Below the pieces are notes generated by a model, which saw only the letters and a program-made list of their open reading frames with translations, searched no databases and was not told the DNA's origin. A stretch of 64,000 bases of DNA from Heteronotia binoei (Eukaryota), in NCBI RefSeq assembly GCF_032191835.1, contig NC_083237.1:10354001-10418000 (forward strand), in the 5' to 3' direction. The position numbers were made by a program, and so were the translations under genes. Positions 25,516 to 36,429 of the stretch are shown piece after piece; within the stretch, counting starts at the first letter, position 1, and each line of letters opens with the position of its first letter.

Positions 25516-25695
25516 ACAATTCCACTATTGGCATATATAAGATAGCACTTTTCCATGACGAATGCATTAAATCCTGGAACTCTTTGTGGTGGCATCAGGG
25601 TAGTGGCACAAGAATTCTGTTGAACATTTGCTGTTGTTGTTGTCCCACGTCAGGCAATATATCTTTGATTGAAATGCTAATGTCCTTGCACCTCG

Positions 25696-25890
25696 GAGGA
25701 GGTGCAAGTTGTGCTGGACGCAAAATTGAAGAAGGGGGGTGCTGTACTACTTAGTGCGCTGGAAATACTTTCCTCCCAGCTGTGATGAGTGGGTGAAATC
25801 AACAGACCTACAAGCCCCCCTTCTTCTGATAAGATTTTACCTACTGCACCCAGACAAACCCCGAGCAAGAGCTTGGGGGGGGGGCAGTAG
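25696..25890 (+). mobile_element. Ty3/Gypsy (chromovirus-type) integrase chromodomain remnant with polypurine tract
   Basis: EVQVVLDAKLKKGG / LYYLVRWKYFPPSCDEWVKSTDLQAPLLLIRFYLLHPDKP across a frameshift, followed by a G-run. Confidence 0.75.
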
Positions 25891-26580
25891 GTCAGGAAAT
25901 GTGTCTTTGATTGAAATGCTAATGTGTCAGAAGTAACTGTAGCCATGTTGAATCTCTGTTACTAACTTCCCCATGCTACGCATATCAAAGCAGCTAGGGC
26001 CAGTGTAGTGTTTGGACCTTCCCTGCAATTACTAACCATTACAGGAATGTACTCCTTTGAAGATAAAGTGTCCCAGGGACGACAACAACCGTGTAGCCTG
26101 GAGAGGAGAGACAGGAACTTGATAACAGAATATTACCGTGTGATTACCTAGCACCTAGACCTTCCAATGTTTAGAATAGTGGCTTTGTTTATGAATGCTT
26201 CGAAGATGTGCCTTTAAGTATGCTTTGCAACAGTACTGGGCATCAGTCCCAATCTCTTTGCTCACTGATGTGGTTTTTCCAATAGACTCAACATTGTATC
26301 TTTTCGATGCCTAATCCTTGGAGATCTAACATTGCCTGACGTTCCCAAGCTAAAATGGGTAACCTTGTCCACGGTCAGAGCACAGGCTTTCCATTTGCTG
26401 AAGTCATCATCATTGAAAAGAGCTGCTCCAGACACCTGCTTCCTCTAGTAATGCTAGGTTTCCCTTTCTACGTTCTCATAATTGTGGTTTCCCATCAAAG
26501 TTCAGTTTCCCGGTTGCAGACGCAGTGGGACAGGAGCGCCATCTGCAGCCAATTCCTTCCTGAACTCACATATCAGAAGA

Positions 26581-26619
26581 CTTTTTTGCATGAGCCCAGA
26601 CCAGCTTCCATTCACTGTG
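26581..26619 (-). other. 23-RSS of VH5
   Basis: CACAGTG, 23 bp, GCAAAAAAG. Confidence 0.88.
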
Positions 26620-27085
26620 CGTCTTGTACAGTAATACACTGCTGTGTCTTCTGGCTTGAGGTTGTCCATTTGTACGTAAAAGTTGGAGCTGTCCTTGGAG
26701 GCCGTGAATCGCCCTCGGATGGTTGAGGAGTAGCTGTTGCTTGATGCTGAATAATAATAAAGCAGCCATTCTGGCCCTTTTTCTGGAAGCTGTCGGATCC
26801 AGTGCATGGTATAGCTGCTCAGGTCAAATCCACTGGTGGAACATGTCAGCCTGGTGGATTCTCCAGGCCTCTTCAGCTCTGGGCCTGACTGAGCGAGAAC
26901 AATTTCTGAAACACCCCCTGTAGAATGAAAAGGCACAGGGTTCAATATAAAGACCCAGTGATATTACCCAAGGATGGGATCATTTTTTCACCCATCCAAA
27001 CTAACAATTTGTTCTCCATATTTAAAAGCAGGGACTTACAAGAGAACGAGTTCATGACTAGGAATGCACTAAGCAGCCGTAACAT
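26620..27085 (-). CDS. IGHV: IGHV gene VH5, intact, same family as VH2
   Basis: Leader MLRLLSAFLVMNSFS (27040-27085, GTAAGT donor). V exon 26620-26917: [58 protein letters not shown]. Confidence 0.95.
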
Positions 27086-27197
27086 TTTGATCAGTGGAAA
27101 GGAAGATGAAAAGCCCTGCTGGAAAGAGATGAACAGGGTTGGCAATCGATGCAAGGCAGTTATCTCAGCTTTTAAAGAAATAAAGGGGAGGCTTTGG

Positions 27198-27205
27198 TTT
27201 TGCAT
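27198..27205 (-). promoter_or_regulatory. Variant octamer ATGCAAAA, VH5 promoter
   Basis: 7/8 match 113 bp upstream of the ATG. Confidence 0.55.
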
Positions 27206-27569
27206 ATCATGGGGAGAGCAGGAGATCGTCGGACAGAAAGGGGTGGAGATAACTCGATCCTGACTGAAACAGGTCAGTCAATTGTCATTCTGTGCTCTGC
27301 TACAGGAAGTGCAAACAGGGTGAAAGATCCGCTCCTGAACAGAGACACATGCCATCAAAGACAGTTACCAACCACTGTGATTAGTCTGTTTGAAAACCAC
27401 ACAAGGTCTGTGATAGACCAAAAATTATCACCTTTAGTATCTGCCACAGAATTCGGAAATCTCATGTTCTTTCATGTCAGCATTCTTCATACCCACCCCT
27501 CACTTCCAAATCCTGGAAATAGAGGGCATCACATCTTTCAACTGTGTACTATTCCAAAGTTGGTTGAGG

Positions 27570-28563
27570 TCACAGAAACCCCTTTTTCAAGGGCTCCTCC
27601 TTCATGAATGTAATGGCAGCAAAGTGAGGGATGTGCTCTCTTCTTCCCAATACCTTGTTCACAGCTGCTTTGAAATCATTGTTTCGGATTGTGAAGATGA
27701 AAGGGCTTACAGTGGGCAAAATGACTATTGCCACAAGGTAAACAACTTTGTTGATTTGACTGTCACCTTGGGTCAAAGGTCTCAGATACATGAAGAACAT
27801 TGCCCCGTAGAAGATGCAGACGATGGTGAGATGGGAAGAACATGTGGAAAATGGCTTGGATCGCCCGCTGACAGATGGGATCTGAATTATGGCACTTATA
27901 ATGCATGCATAAGAAACCACTGTAAAAAGAAATGAGCTCCACATAATTATGACACTATAAATGAGGCCAATAATTTCTGTCACCACTGTATCAGCACAAG
28001 CTAATTTCAAAAGAGGCCCAACATCGCATAAGAAGTGATTGATGATGTTGTGTCTCTAGAATGGGAAATTCCATAAAACTACAGATTGACAAAAGACAAC
28101 TATAAATCCACTGACCCAGGCAAATAATACAAGACGGAAGCAGAGCCTGTTGGTCATCTTGGCATTATAAAGGAAAGGTTTGCAAATGGCGATGTAACGA
28201 TCAAAGGACATTATGGTGAGGTGGAGGAATTGTGTGCTTCCCACAGAGAAGATAAAGAAAGTTTGCACCATGCAACATATGAAACAAATCATGTTTTGAT
28301 CCAAAAGCACATTGGTCATCATCTTTGGCACTACCACAGTGGTGCTACAGAGCTCACCCAGGGAAAAACTGCTAAGAAAGATATACATGGGCATGTGCAG
28401 TTTGGGCTCCATAAAGGCAATTATGATGATTAAACAGTTGCCTGAGACTGAAATGAGGTACATCAAAAGAACAAAAGCAAAAAAACTCCATCCTTATTCC
28501 ACGAAGTTCAGGAAATCCCAGAAGAACAAACTCGGTGATAATTGTAAGATTGCTGTGCTTCAT
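27570..28563 (-). pseudogene. Olfactory receptor pseudogene OR-c
   Basis: Full-length OR homology from the ATG at 28563. +1 frameshift in a 7-A run (28479-28485) and an in-frame TAG at 28056-28058 replacing the Cys of P-x-C. Confidence 0.9.
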
Positions 28564-28999
28564 TTCCTTCTGCACTTCCTTGATACCTTTTTAAAAGGAA
28601 GAATGCAAAATCATTTCAGTCAAAGTAAGAGAAAGGTTGTGCATTTTACTTTTACATTGCAAAAAGAAATATCCTATTTTTCTTTACGAATGAATTAATG
28701 AATGCCAGGAAGCATCAACAGCTGTGCCCTTATACTGAACTGCGACACTCTGAAATCCATCTAATATGAAGAAAAGTTGTACGGGAACAAGTTCTAAGAA
28801 CGTATGTATTGAAAATGCAAATTAAAGAATCCCATTCTGTTTTACATTGCAGCATATATTATAGTCAAAAGCTCAACTTGAAATAGATACAAAAGAATCA
28901 GAAGTCAGTGTGGAAATATTTTCTCCCAATACTAATGAAGGTACATACCTAATAAAATGGGGAACAGAGACTAAACCTTGATATGCCACATATCATGTT

Positions 29000-30086
29000 A
29001 TGTGCGGACTCTTATCTGGGAGAACCGGGTTTGATTCCCCACTCCTCCACTTGCACCTGCTAGCATGGCCTTGGGTCAGCCATAGCTCTGGCAGAGGTTG
29101 TCCTTGAAAGGGCAGCTGCTGTGAGAGCCCCCTCCAGCCGCACCCACCTCACAGGGTGCCTGTTGTGGGGGAAGAAGGAAAAGGAGATTGTGAGCTGCTC
29201 TGAGACTCTTCTGAGTGAAGGGCGGGATATAAATCCAATATATTCATCTACCTCACAGGGTGTCTGTTGTGGGGGAGGAAGGTAAAGGAGATTGTGAGCC
29301 GCTCTGAGACTCTTCGGAGTGGAGGGCAGAATATAAATCCAATATCTTCATCTACCTCACATGGTGTCTGTTGTGGGGGAGGAAGGTAAAGGAGATTGTG
29401 AGCCACTCTGAGACTCTTCGGAATGGAGGGTGGGATATAAATCCAATATCTTCATCTACCTCACAGGGTCTCTGTTGTGGGGGGGGGGGGAGGTAAAGGA
29501 GATTGTGAGCCACTCTGAGACTCTTTGGAGTGGAGGGTGGGATATAAATCCAATATCTTCATCTACCTCACAGGGTGTCTGTTGTGGGGGAGGAAGGTAA
29601 AAGAGATTGTGACCCGCTCTGAGACTCTTCGGAGTAGAGGGCAGGATATAAATCCAATATCTTCATCTACCTCACAGGGTCTCTGTTGTGGGGGGGGAAG
29701 GTAAAGGAAAATGTGAGCTGCTCTGAGACTCTTCGGAGTGGAGGGCGGGATATAAATCCAATATCTTCATCTACCTCACAGGGTGCCTGTTGTGGGGGAG
29801 GAAGGTAAAGGAGATTGTGAGCCGCTCTGAGACTCTTCAGAGTGGAGGGCGGGATATAAATCCAATATCTTCATCTACCTCACAGGGTGTCTGTTGTGGC
29901 GGGGGGGAGGTAGAGGAGATTGTGAGCCGCTCTGAGACTCTTCGGAGTGGAGGGCGGGATATAAATCCAATATCTTCATCTACCTCACAGGGTGCCTGTT
30001 GTGGGGGAGGAAGGTAAAGGAGATTGTAAGCCGCTCTGAGACTCTTCGGAGTGGAACGCGGGATATAAATCCAATATCTTCTTCTT
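29000..30086 (+). mobile_element. tRNA-derived SINE with its 104-bp 3' part repeated 9 times
   Basis: B-box GGTTTGATTCC, then nine copies of CTCACAGGGTGTCTGTTGTGGGGG..ATAAATCCAATATCTTC. Other family members at about 20300-20580 (-), 20800-21090 (+), 34066-34438 (-, two tails), 40481-40750 (+), 56812-57092 (+). Confidence 0.85.
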
Positions 30087-30171
30087 AGGTTGGCTGTACA
30101 TTCTCATCACAGGCATTTACCACATGCTTATGCCCCACCTACTTGGCTATCAACCTCTAATTGCTGATGGG

Positions 30172-31514
30172 TAGGGATGGGTACAGACCCGAACACCGAA
30201 CAAAATCCGGCCCGGAATTTACCTTGTTAGGGGTTCAGAGAGTTCGGTTTGAAAGTCACAAGTTCGGACCAGGAAGTCTCCGAACTTTCTGCCCATTTCA
30301 GAACCTCTTGTGCACTCTTGGCAAAGAAACTCCATACATGGAGTTTCGTACTGAAAAGTGGGTACGGGTAGGATATTTCCAGCCATCGAGGGACCAATAG
30401 TGACAGCCTGAAGTTGACAAGCAAGTCTGAGTTCCAATAACAGGCATCGATCTGACAGGCATCGATCTGGCTTCTTTGCTGTGAGAAGTGGGAAACATGG
30501 ATAGTTTTTTTTTTCTTTTAAAATATATATTTTGATTTGATTTGGGGGTGGACTGTTCACTTTGTGGGTTCTGAAATCCACCCTTTCTCTGCATGCTGGC
30601 TGTGGGGTCCCATTTCTGTTCCTCCAAAAAGCACCCCGTTACTTCCTGCATTGCTTGAGTCTCTGCCTCGGGGTATCCTCTCTTCTCTCCCACTCAGGCA
30701 CCCAAACGATCTACAGATTTCTGGGGTACTTGGCTAACTGCCCTCCCCAGCTGTAGGGTACCCCTTCTGCTCCTTCAAAAAAGCATCCTTTCTCCTCTGC
30801 CACATATTCCCACACATTCCCTTAGCGAGTCCACCAGTACCCCCTTCCACAGCTGTGCAGTGAGTCCCAGTCACCAGACTTGGTTGTCCCTGTCACCTTC
30901 CCAGGTAGGATGGAAGGCTTGGCCCCAATCAGTCATCATGTCACCAGGTCTGGGTGGCTGGTCCCAGGAAGACACAGCCATCTGCAGCCATGTGGGTGGT
31001 CCCCGGGGAGGTACTCTGGGAGTCTGATGCCTGTAAGCTTAACCAGGTCAACACTGTAGCATCTCAAAATGGTGCTGGACAACTCCCCCAAAAACAGTTT
31101 CCTGGAGGCACCTTGTTTGATGGTCTACTACTTGGATCCCCCCAAATCTGACATACATGTAACATGTGGGGCATGGGGAGGGTCATCCCAGGGAGGAACT
31201 ATGTGAGTTGAAGGCCTCTAGCTCACCAAGGTCAGTTTTTGTCACTCCTGAACCAGCAGAGGTGACACATGTTGAAAAACATTGCACTGAATGACCTTTT
31301 TTAGTGGTCTGTAACTTAGCCCCCCAAAGTCCAATGTGGACCAAACTTGGTGGGTATATTGAGGAGAGTGATCTGGAAACAACCTGCCATTTTGGAGCCT
31401 CGAAGCCCTGTGGGGAGCTTTTTAAAAACCAGACTATTTCGCGAACTGGTTTGTGAACCAGGCCAGTTCTGTTCATGAACTGAACCAGCATTTTCTGGTC
31501 TGTGCCCATCCCTA
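30172..31514. mobile_element. Non-autonomous hAT-type DNA transposon, 1343 bp
   Basis: TIRs TAGGGATGGGYACAGACC; perfect 8-bp TSD CTGATGGG (30164-30171, 31515-31522); empty site near 37872. Confidence 0.9.
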
Positions 31515-34500
31515 CTGATGGGCATTCCCACACTTTTGCTGTCACTCTACTGCTTTGTTCCGCCAGACAATAGGAAGAAAATGGAGGCGGAGGTCAGAGT
31601 CGCTTGTATCATGATGTCACTTTTGGCAAAAGCCACCACATGATGGTCTATGGGTTTTGCCATAGAGATTTAGAAAATTCCTAGCATATCAGAGATGACT
31701 GAGACGTCACTTCTGGGTTTTTAGCAGAAGTGATGTAGTAAAGCAAGTCGCATCAGTTTTTCAAGGATTCTACATTCTGAAAATCCCAGCTATCTGCAGG
31801 GGAAAGTTGTAATCCAACCACCTACCCTTTAGGATAAGTATGGAATTAGCTCATTATTTTTTTGGTGAGGGGGACTGGGATCACCACAAATTTGGGATAT
31901 TTCCCCCCTGTTTTGTGCTGCTTTAGGAGATAATTTTCCACAAATTGTGCTTGAGTCGCGGCTGTCCATTCTCAATTATATGGGCTTCAGGATGCCTCTT
32001 TGAAGAAACATTAAAAAGGAAATGACTTTATAGGTCAATGTGCCCATCAGAGGCTACGCGTTTGTCCATGCTGATAACGTCCCATGTTTTTATTTATGTA
32101 AAGAAATTGATAACAACACTGATAATTTTGCAAAATACTTTATTTACTAAGGAAGGGCACAAACACTTTCTTTCTACTCTATGGAGTAGAGGAGAACAGA
32201 TACTTGCACATTAAGAAACTCAACTTGTGAATTTGGAATGAATTTGTGAATCCTCAGTTGCATCCATGATATGTTAGGTGGGGAGAATTAGCCCCTTTCA
32301 GCATATTTTGCATGCAGTTGTAATGAAGATAATCAAAGTTAATGGTAGTGTTCACTAAGTTTGGAGCAAGGCAAATATCAACCATTTGATTAAATTTACC
32401 CACATATATTGTGTCCAGTCTGTTAATGGGTGAGGTGAAGCTAATACAAAAGACATAGAACCATGGAGAATCATTAAGCCTTACTGGTTTTAAAAGCCAC
32501 AAATATACACAACTGAGGATCTTATCTTCCCCCAACTCTTTCTTTCCCCCCCTTTTCTGAAAGTCCCCATAGCCTCTTCACCTTTTCCTCTATCTTTCTC
32601 CTCTCCTTTCTCTATTTTCCTCCCACCTACCAACCTACCCTTTATATGACTCCTTCAACTATACATTATTCTCTCCTCCATTTTGTTCTCACACCAACCC
32701 TGTGAAGTGGGTTAGGCTAAGACTGACTGTCCCAAAGTCACCCATTAATGGTGGTGAGGGGATTTGAACCTCAGGTCTCCAGGATCTTAGTCCAAAACTC
32801 TAACCAGTATACTACACTGGCTCTCATGGGATGAAGGCTAGTGAACAGTGAAAAGAAGCCAGGTCTTGTAGAATCATGCAAGTTAGGCAAGGCATGCATA
32901 GTTTCTTGTAGCACTTAGATGGTGAGGGAAGGGCATATCCTCATGAACATTTGTTTTGCCCATTTTGGGCAAAAAAAGAAGCATAGAGGATTTCCTACTC
33001 TCCTCAGGTGGCCATTCCACAACTAAAAACTAACTGTTTGGTGGGGATGTACCAATTGATCAATTACTTTTAGCATAACTAGATTTAAGGCAAGTAGCAC
33101 CCCTATACTTATCAGTTCAGTTGAATTTTATTACATGGGTCCAATGGCCACTACAAACAATAAAAATACAATAAAAATACAGAAAAGTGAAACTAGATTA
33201 TACATATCTGATAAAAGGAGCTTTGACTTCTGAAAGCTTGTACTCCCCAAATTTTGTTGGTTTCTAAGGTGGTACCGAACTCAAATCTAGCTGCTTTATA
33301 GGTGTACCCTCTGAAACCACTTTTATGAAGTATGTCTTAATCCATTTGTCTCAAAGGTACAACAGGACTCTTTGTTTTATTGTTCTGAAACCTATTTTTT
33401 GGTAAAAGAGTAAGTGTATTTGTTTTTCATTGTTGTTTTTTTCTTCCCCGTTCTGCTTTTTATATTACTTTCAAGAACTTGGACATGAATGTCAAAAGAA
33501 GCATTGTAAGCATCTGAAATGTGATTTTGAACAGCAAGCTACCAGTCCTCATGACAGTGATTTGAATGTAGATGAGCAATTCTTGATGCAAGGTATACTA
33601 GGTTCAGATAGCTATTCTAAGCATATCTTCTCAGGATCTTAGCCTGGTTTTCAGATTTTAATATAACTTTCCTGAACAAACGGCTTCCCATCTCACCTAT
33701 GCTCTCCTGAATGGTGTAATTTGTCCAAGTGCAAAATAACCATACCTTGTGTAACCACATTTCTTGACCAGGTAATATACACCTTGTTTCCAGAATTCTG
33801 CTCACAGAACTGAATCTTCTGTGAGCAAATTATCAGTGAAATGCAGATATGCTATCTTTTTGTTGTTGTTCTTGTAAAACATTCCAGAAGTGAAACCACA
33901 GGGTGATATGAAATCTTATCTTTAACTATTTCCTCCCTAATTGAATAAAACAAAAACAAAACCAAAATATCTCAACCATTGAGCACTGCCACCACCAGAT
34001 GTGAAGAAATGAGCCCATCTTCATCCGGTATCTCCAATTGTTTTTTTAATCTCTTTGGAGTATAAGAAGAAGAAGATAACGGATTTATATCCCACCCTCC
34101 ACTCCGAAGAGTCTCAGAGCGGCTCACAATCTCCTTTACCTTCCTCCCCCACAACAGACACCCTGTGAGGTAGATGAAGATATTGGATTTATATCCCACC
34201 CTCCACTCCGAAGAGTCTCAGAGCGGCTCACAATCTCCTTTACCTTCCTCCCCCACAACAGACACCCTGTGAGGTGGGTGAGGCTGGAGAGGGCTCTCAC
34301 AGCAGCTGCCCTTTCAAGGGCAACCTCTGCCAGAGCTATGGCTGACCCAAGGCCATGCTAGCAGGTGCAAGTGGAGGAGTGGGGAATCAAACCCGGTTCT
34401 CCCAGATAAGAGTCCGCACACTTAACCACTACACCAAACTGTGGCTATAACAACATCTCTTCATCACTTTCAAAACATGACAATATCTCATGACAGCTTT

Positions 34501-34539
34501 ACAATATCCATATGTTGTTTGGCCCACTGTCATCTGGTT

Positions 34540-35066
34540 CCATCACTGTAGTATCAGCACAAGCTAGCTTCAAAACAGGCCTAGCGTTGCATAAGAAGTG
34601 ATTGATAACACTGTGTCCACAGAATGGGAGATTCCATACAACTACAGATTAACTAAGGACAACTATAAATCCACTGACCCAAGCAAATAATAGAAGATGG
34701 AAGCAAAGCCCATTGGTCGGGTGGAGGAATGGTGTACTTCCTACAGAGAAATAATAATAATAATAATATAATAATAATAAATTTTATTTATATCCCGCCC
34801 TCCCCGCCTAGGCAGGCTCAGGGCGGCTAACAACATATTCAAATAAAAAGTTATACAGTAATTTAAAACAGCATTAAAAAGTTAAAAAGAGAAGGTAAAG
34901 AAAGTTTGCACCATCCAACGCATGAAATAAATCATGTTTTGGTCCAAGAGCACGTTGTTCAGCATCTTTAGTACCACCACTTGTGGTGCTACAGAGCTCA
35001 CCCAGGAAAAAACTGCTGAGAAAAATATACATGGGCGTGTGCAGTTTGAGCTCCATAACGATAATA
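34540..35066 (-). pseudogene. Fragmentary OR pseudogene OR-d, related to OR-c
   Basis: LHTPMYIFLSSF..ELCSTT and LKLACADT-encoding segments. About 70 bp covering the DRY region is deleted, both ends are missing, and an insertion lies at 34751-34887. Confidence 0.8.
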
Positions 35067-35418
35067 GTTATTTTTTAAAAGTAATTTATTTGGTTTAAAA
35101 GTTCATAGGCCATGTACCAACAGTGGTATAGATAGATAGATTTAAAAACTTACAATAAAATAAAATTATGATAAAAATGTACAATTAGAAATTACAGTGA
35201 TACAAAAGTTGGCCACATCTGTTATACAGTTGTGGCAGAAGCTGTTTAACAAAAGTCTCAGTGTGGTGTATTCAGAAAAGGATGCAAATTTCAGCAACTA
35301 TTTTGTCAAAAATTTTCCTCTCTCAGTTTCATATTTAGGACAATGTGAAAAGTTATGTATAAGAGAGTCAACAGACCGTATATTTGTTTTAAAGCTTCTT
35401 TGAAGATACCTGGCTATG

Positions 35419-36429
35419 TCACAGTGTTGGAGAGCATGTTGGACACTTTTTCACGGGCTTCCTTTGCTTTATTACCACCATGAATGCAAATGGAGAGACA
35501 CGGCCGAATATACTCAGTACTTTGTTGGCAGCAGATTCGAACTCCTTGTTCCTGATTGTGAAGACAAAAGGGCTCATCGTGGGCAAAAAACCTATGACCA
35601 CGAGGTGCATCACTTTGTTGACTTGGGTGTCACCTTGGGTTGAAGGTCTCAGGTACATGAAAAACGCTGCCCCGTAGAGGATGCCGACAATAGTGAGATG
35701 GGAAGAGCAGGTGGAAAAGGCTTTTGACCGTCCACTGACAGATGGGATCTGAACAATAGTGGTTATAATGCATCCATAAGAAACCAGCATAAACAGAAAT
35801 GAACCCCACATGACAATGACACCATAAAAGACTCCTAGAAGCTCAAACCATGTCGTATCAGCGCAAGCTAATTTCAAGATAGGCCCAATGTCACAGAAGA
35901 AGTGGTCAATGACATTGTCTCCGCAATATGGATAAGTCCAAACGACCATACCCTGTAAAAAGTTAATTGTAAACCCACTGAGCCAAGTCAGCAACGAAAG
36001 GTACAAACAAAGTCCATTTGTCATCGTGGCATTATATAAAAAGGGTTTGCAAATGGCTATGTAACGGTCAAAAGACATCACTGTGAGATTGAATAATTGT
36101 ATGGCTCCCATGGAAAAAGCAACGTAAGCTTGTGCCGTGCAGCATGTGAAGCAGATGGTTTTTTGGTCCAAAACTAGGTTTATCAGCATCTTCGGTACTA
36201 CCACTGTGGTGACACAAAGTTCAGCCAGGGAAAAGCTGCTAAGAAAGAAATACATGGGTATGTGGAGTTTGGGTTCCAGAAAGATCACTGCGAGGATTAA
36301 ACAGTTGCCTGAGACTGAAATGCAGTACACCAGAAGTACAAGAGCAAAAAACATCATCTTTATGCCATGAAGTTCCGGAAAACCCAGAAGAACAAACTCG
36401 GTGATTATTGTAAAATTGCTGGGCTTCAT
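35419..36429 (-). CDS. Olfactory receptor OR-e, intact, 336 aa, same clade as OR-a/b
   Basis: All OR motifs present. ATG at 36429 (MKPSNFT). Candidate splice acceptor at 36453-36454. Confidence 0.95.
   Translation of the reverse strand: MKPSNFTIITEFVLLGFPELHGIKMMFFALVLLVYCISVSGNCLILAVIFLEPKLHIPMYFFLSSFSLAELCVTTVVVPKMLINLVLDQKTICFTCCTAQAYVAFSMGAIQLFNLTVMSFDRYIAICKPFLYNATMTNGLCLYLSLLTWLSGFTINFLQGMVVWTYPYCGDNVIDHFFCDIGPILKLACADTTWFELLGVFYGVIVMWGSFLFMLVSYGCIITTIVQIPSVSGRSKAFSTCSSHLTIVGILYGAAFFMYLRPSTQGDTQVNKVMHLVVIGFLPTMSPFVFTIRNKEFESAANKVLSIFGRVSPFAFMVVIKQRKPVKKCPTCSPTL

Noticed and set aside
28815-28822. Octamers upstream of OR coding regions (also 36677-36684 and 3855-3862)
   Set aside because: Two are paralogous copies, and a few exact 8-mers are expected by chance in 64 kb of AT-rich DNA.
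24129-30086. Regular direct-repeat arrays resembling CRISPR
   Set aside because: Units are head-to-tail with no unique spacers, derive from CR1 and SINE ends, and the DNA is eukaryotic.
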